In this document: one piece after another, positions 60,471 through 64,000 of the stretch
Numbering within the stretch: position 1 is the first letter of the stretch
Layout: every line of letters starts with the position of its first letter
From: Bacteroidales bacterium
GTDB taxonomy: Bacteria; Bacteroidota; Bacteroidia; Bacteroidales; VadinHA17
NCBI GenBank assembly: GCA_050014255.1
Contig: JBEKDR010000006.1
Coordinates: 7,907 to 71,906 of the forward strand
Reading direction: 5' to 3'
Length of the DNA: 64,000 nt
The notes under the pieces: generated by a model
Database searches by the model: none
Seen by the model: the letters and a program-made list of their open reading frames with translations, nothing else
What the model was told of the DNA's origin: nothing
Program-made: the position numbers and the translations under genes

Positions 60471-62960
60471 TTAAGATTTTCTGATAAACTTAAGATGATT
60501 TACCACAAACTTAATATCGCTCCATGATACCGTGTCTCCCAGAGCAGCTTTTACAGGTCCCATTTTAAGATCATCGCTTCCCTCAAAATGGCCGGCGATC
60601 AGGTCTGTCATCTCATGTGATACAAATTTGTTGATCGGAATTTCACCCGTACCTACATAATATGCCAGGTGAGCTTCAATGGTATTTCTACTCAGCTTTC
60701 TCTCATCGGCGATTTGTGGAATTGCTTTGCCTTCCTTAAATAGATCGTAACTTATTTTCTTTGTATCTTCCTTTTTCTTTTTTGGGATCACATTCTCAGT
60801 ATAAGTTTCTGGTGGTGGTTCAATATTTTCTTTTTTGCAGTATGAAGTAATAATATCGAGAATCTCTTCACCGAATTTCTCTGATTTCTTCGTTCCCATA
60901 CCCTTTACCAATTTAAGAGCACGCATCGACTGAGGCATAAAATTGGCCAGTGTAACCATTGTTTTCTGAGGCAGTATCATGTAATGCGGAAGATCCATTT
61001 CCCCTGCTTTAATATTACGCCATTCTTTAAGCCGGCTAAACAAAGCAGGATGTTCAATAGTACCCGAAGTGTCATCAACTGACTTTGCAGAATGAGATCT
61101 GACTGCTGGAATATCCATAGCCGATCTGGCTTTGGCATTGAGATATTTACCAATCTCAAAACCAGACCTGACAGCATTAAGACAGGCTAACTTCACGACT
61201 CCCTCCTTCCTTATGCGCTCCAATGCTTCAGTAACCGATTTTCGGACTGTTTTATTATCTGTTTCCACTTTAAAACCCGACAGAATTACTTTCAGGGCAG
61301 CCTCAAGTTTACCCGAAAAGAAATCGCCTGCTTTTTTAACCCGTTCCTGCAGAAGATTTTTTGATTCTGTATCAATTTCCCCGCTTAATAGCCCGATCAT
61401 CTGAGGATGGAATTTTTCGGATACTTCAATAAGGTCAGTCCTTAAGATGGCTAAAGTATTTTCGAGCATTTCCCGTGGATTTCCCAAAATGATGTCATGG
61501 TGCTCATTGACAACTTTCAGACAATAATTAAGTCTATGCGTCAGTGAAGTAAAATCGAAAAGTTCTGTAAGCAGCAGCTGCTGGTAGGCTCTTTTCGATT
61601 CTGCCAGTTCCTTCGGTCCGGGTTGCTTTTGTGCTGATCCATTAACAAAGTCAGAAATAGAAGGATTGTCTATTATGCTTCGCTGATTGATCCGGCTGCT
61701 AAGTACCAGTCCGTTTAAAGTCCGGCAACGGCTGAGAGCCACATACACCTGTCCATGGGCAAAGGCAGCGCATGCATCAACGACAGCCCTGTCGAATGTA
61801 AGTCCCTGGCTCTTATGAATTGTTATTGCCCAGGCTAATTTGAGAGGATACTGTGTAAATGTTCCGATAATGGTCTCCTTAATCTCTTTGGTCTCTTCAT
61901 CGAGAGTATATTTCATGTTTTGCCATTCGGCCATCTCCACCCTGATGCGGAAATCATCGTCGGGACACTTAACGACAATAGTATCGTCATCAAAAGATTC
62001 CACCTTTCCTATTTTCCCGTTAAAGAAAAGTTTATCCCGCGACAGATCATTCTTTACAAACATAACCTGTGTGCCTGTTTTCAGAACCAGTTCACTGGTG
62101 TTAGGGTAGGAAAACTCAGGGAATTCATCCTTAATTATAGCTGTAAATGAATGAGTTCTGTCCGGAAGTTTCTCCAGCTTTGAATCATTTATACTCTGAG
62201 CCTGATAATTGTGAGTGGTAAGAGTAATATATCCCCCGTCAGAATCAGCGTCAAAATCAGGAATATATCTTTTGTTTAGTTCGCTCAGCACATCTGAATC
62301 CACATGATTATCGCGGATTTTATTAAGCAGGTTAATAAAAGACTGATCATTCTGCCTGTAAATATGTTTTAACTCAATTGTCACGTAATCGGTGCTGCAG
62401 AGAGCCTTGCTCCCGAAGAAAAAATGTGAATCATAATATTTCCTGATTATTTCCCTGTCATCGTCTTTTACAACCGGGGCAAGTTGTTGAAGATCACCGA
62501 TCATCAGTAATTGGACTCCGCCAAATGGCAGGTGGCGGATCCTGCATCTCCTCAGTGCAGAATCGATGGCGTCGAGTGTGTCTGCCCTTACCATACTTAT
62601 CTCATCAATAATAAGCAGGTCAAGGCTTTTTATTATATTGATCTTTTCACGACTCATTTTATAACCTTCTTTAGCATTTTGGTCAGAGGAATTACGATGA
62701 TTATTTTCAGGTAAGTAAAATGATGGTATATATGGGTGAAAAGGCAATTGGAAAAATGAATGTATGGTGACGCCACCGGCATTTATTGCAGCTACGCCTG
62801 TCGGGGCCACAACGATCATCCGTTTCGGGGATGCTTTTTTCAGGTCTCGCAGGAAAGTAGTTTTGCCTGTACCGGCTTTCCCAGTAAGAAAGATGTTCCG
62901 GTTTGTGTATTTAACAAATTCAAAAGCTAACTGCAGATCCTGATTAGTGACAGTTTCCAT
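60471..62960 (-). CDS. PIF1/RecD-like helicase with HRDC and C-terminal HTH domains
   Basis: GKAGTGKT, APTGVAA, DEISM, AITIHKSQG and QVYVALSR; HRDC LKEWR..PHYMI. Confidence 0.92.
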   Translation of the reverse strand: METVTNQDLQLAFEFVKYTNRNIFLTGKAGTGKTTFLRDLKKASPKRMIVVAPTGVAAINAGGVTIHSFFQLPFHPYIPSFYLPENNHRNSSDQNAKEGYKMSREKINIIKSLDLLIIDEISMVRADTLDAIDSALRRCRIRHLPFGGVQLLMIGDLQQLAPVVKDDDREIIRKYYDSHFFFGSKALCSTDYVTIELKHIYRQNDQSFINLLNKIRDNHVDSDVLSELNKRYIPDFDADSDGGYITLTTHNYQAQSINDSKLEKLPDRTHSFTAIIKDEFPEFSYPNTSELVLKTGTQVMFVKNDLSRDKLFFNGKIGKVESFDDDTIVVKCPDDDFRIRVEMAEWQNMKYTLDEETKEIKETIIGTFTQYPLKLAWAITIHKSQGLTFDRAVVDACAAFAHGQVYVALSRCRTLNGLVLSSRINQRSIIDNPSISDFVNGSAQKQPGPKELAESKRAYQQLLLTELFDFTSLTHRLNYCLKVVNEHHDIILGNPREMLENTLAILRTDLIEVSEKFHPQMIGLLSGEIDTESKNLLQERVKKAGDFFSGKLEAALKVILSGFKVETDNKTVRKSVTEALERIRKEGVVKLACLNAVRSGFEIGKYLNAKARSAMDIPAVRSHSAKSVDDTSGTIEHPALFSRLKEWRNIKAGEMDLPHYMILPQKTMVTLANFMPQSMRALKLVKGMGTKKSEKFGEEILDIITSYCKKENIEPPPETYTENVIPKKKKEDTKKISYDLFKEGKAIPQIADERKLSRNTIEAHLAYYVGTGEIPINKFVSHEMTDLIAGHFEGSDDLKMGPVKAALGDTVSWSDIKFVVNHLKFIRKS

Positions 62961-63038
62961 ATTATGTTCTACATTTATTTATAAAAGTATTAAAAGCAGT
63001 TCATATTGTCAGTACTTAATTTCGAGAGCAAGTAACTT

Positions 63039-63101
63039 AGTCAGGAGTGAGGTGTGAGCAAATGACTAAGAGACTAAGAGACTTAGAAAAAGTGACTTAG
63101 A
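63039..63101 (+). repeat. GTGAGG heptamers followed by GACTAAGA octamers
   Basis: AGTCAGG AGTGAGG TGTGAGC; GACTAAGA GACTAAGA GACTTAGA. Confidence 0.55.
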
Positions 63102-63119
63102 CTCAGAAATATACTCTTT

Positions 63120-63578
63120 TCATTGGGCCGTTGTGCCATTACGCCATTGCGCCGTTGAGCCATTGTTCGTTTTAAACCCGATTCGTTTTCGTTGTTTAAA
63201 ATCGGTTTCTTCCTGTTTTGTTTGTTCCAATACTTTAAGATATTCAAAGATCAGAGTAACTTTTTCATCAAGATCAATATCTTTCTTTTCAAGCATTTCC
63301 AGTTTATTCAAAATTTCCTTATGTGACTCTATCACTGTTCGCATTCTGCTAAAGATCCTCACTATTTGGATATTAATCTGTATGGCTCGCTCACTGTTTA
63401 AAACACTTGCCAGCATTAAAAGACCATACTCTGTAAATGCAAACGGTGTAACTCTTAGTCCAAATTTCTCAATATTGGAGGTGCCAAATTGGTACCTCCA
63501 ATTTCAATTTGAGATCGCAAATTGCGACTTCTGTTTTCGATCTTTCAGGTTATCACAATTTGTGATAACTTCATCATG
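63120..63578 (-). pseudogene. ORF6N domain gene remnant lacking its N-terminus, with three tandem palindromic segments
   Basis: One frame reads EVITNCDNL-KDRK-QKSQFAISN*-NWRYQFGTSN-IEKFGLRVTPFAFTEYGLLMLASVLNSERAIQINIQIVRIF...RKRIGF. Confidence 0.75.
63125..63164 (-). repeat. Octamer array x5 (AACGGCGC family)
   Basis: GGGCCGTT GTGCCATT ACGCCATT GCGCCGTT GAGCCATT; translated as the tail of the ORF6N remnant. Confidence 0.7.
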
Positions 63579-63580
63579 AT

Positions 63581-64000
63581 TTATAATTTCTCAAATTCAT
63601 AACATATGAATTCATTGTCATTTTTCTGATCATTCCTGTTAAGATTACATAAAAGTTCCTCCTCCCAATCAGGATCAATATTTTTTAAGCACGTCAGGCA
63701 GAGATATGGTTTCTTAATTGAATCTGGTTTGATTTCATATCCATCATCATCGAACATTCCATTGATTTTGCGAGGATCCATTTCATTGATATGCCTCCTT
63801 CCATACTTATCTCTTTTATCGAGAGCGGATTCAATTTCATAGTCTCCTCTTGGATAATCTCTGCCGGTTATACAACTGAAACAACCAAACTGGGAAGAAG
63901 CCGATCCTACTACCCAGATATCCTTCCCACATTTGCATTTAATTCCATTTTTGTAATCGTCCAGAGCTGCTTCAATCCGGACTCTCAGAACCTTCTCATT
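63581..64000 (-). CDS. Cys-rich hypothetical protein; 5' end lies outside the window
   Basis: Frame stays open from 64000: ...KCKCGKDIWVVGSA...CFSCITG...DYEI... into the ORF-track segment MDPRK...CLTC...C...C. Confidence 0.7.
   Translation of the reverse strand, partial: NEKVLRVRIEAALDDYKNGIKCKCGKDIWVVGSASSQFGCFSCITGRDYPRGDYEIESALDKRDKYGRRHINEMDPRKINGMFDDDGYEIKPDSIKKPYLCLTCLKNIDPDWEEELLCNLNRNDQKNDNEFICYEFEKL

Noticed and set aside
58076-62960. Helicase / SEC-C / hypothetical cluster as an anti-phage defence system
   Set aside because: PIF1-HRDC-HTH helicases are common Bacteroidota genes, and no nuclease, TIR, SIR2 or similar effector motif is visible.
32650-63570. Short arrays and the three palindromes considered as CRISPR arrays
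   Set aside because: Units are 7-11 bp or non-identical, there are no spacers between identical repeats, and no cas genes are present.
663-63579. Many 60-220 aa ORF-track entries antisense to or nested in long genes (e.g. 663-878, 12895-13317, 20739-21209, 26425-27081, 43553-44206, 63133-63579)
   Set aside because: They shadow well-supported genes, mostly start with TTG/GTG and show no recognisable motifs.

Overview
AT-rich chromosomal window from a Bacteroidota genome, most likely an anaerobic Bacteroidales. This rests on TAnnTTTG-type promoters, MacB-like permeases, DUF5916, S9/M16 peptidases and a Fib_succ_major protein. It holds about 55 CDS, mostly accessory envelope, secreted and stress genes: three ECF sigma factors (two with anti-sigma partners), two ABC permeases, two serine hydrolases, serA, metA and a PIF1-like HRDC helicase. 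I saw no rRNA, tRNA, CRISPR array, integrase or transposase. The notable structure is non-coding. (1) Several small gene blocks are bracketed by matching short-period repeat arrays or direct repeats, including an ERG4/ERG24 sterol reductase plus SDR pair. (2) A promoter + signal-peptide module occurs three times and appears fused in frame to an unrelated gene. (3) An ORF6N remnant carries three tandem, in-frame palindromic variants of its variable segment. (4) ECF-type promoters, two of them in matched pairs, precede most transcription units in the first 21 kb. (5) There are several unannotated pseudogenes or remnants (DUF4337, DUF6483, GT39-like, a degenerate phosphoglycosyl transferase). Family names come from motif recognition by eye; no database searches were run.
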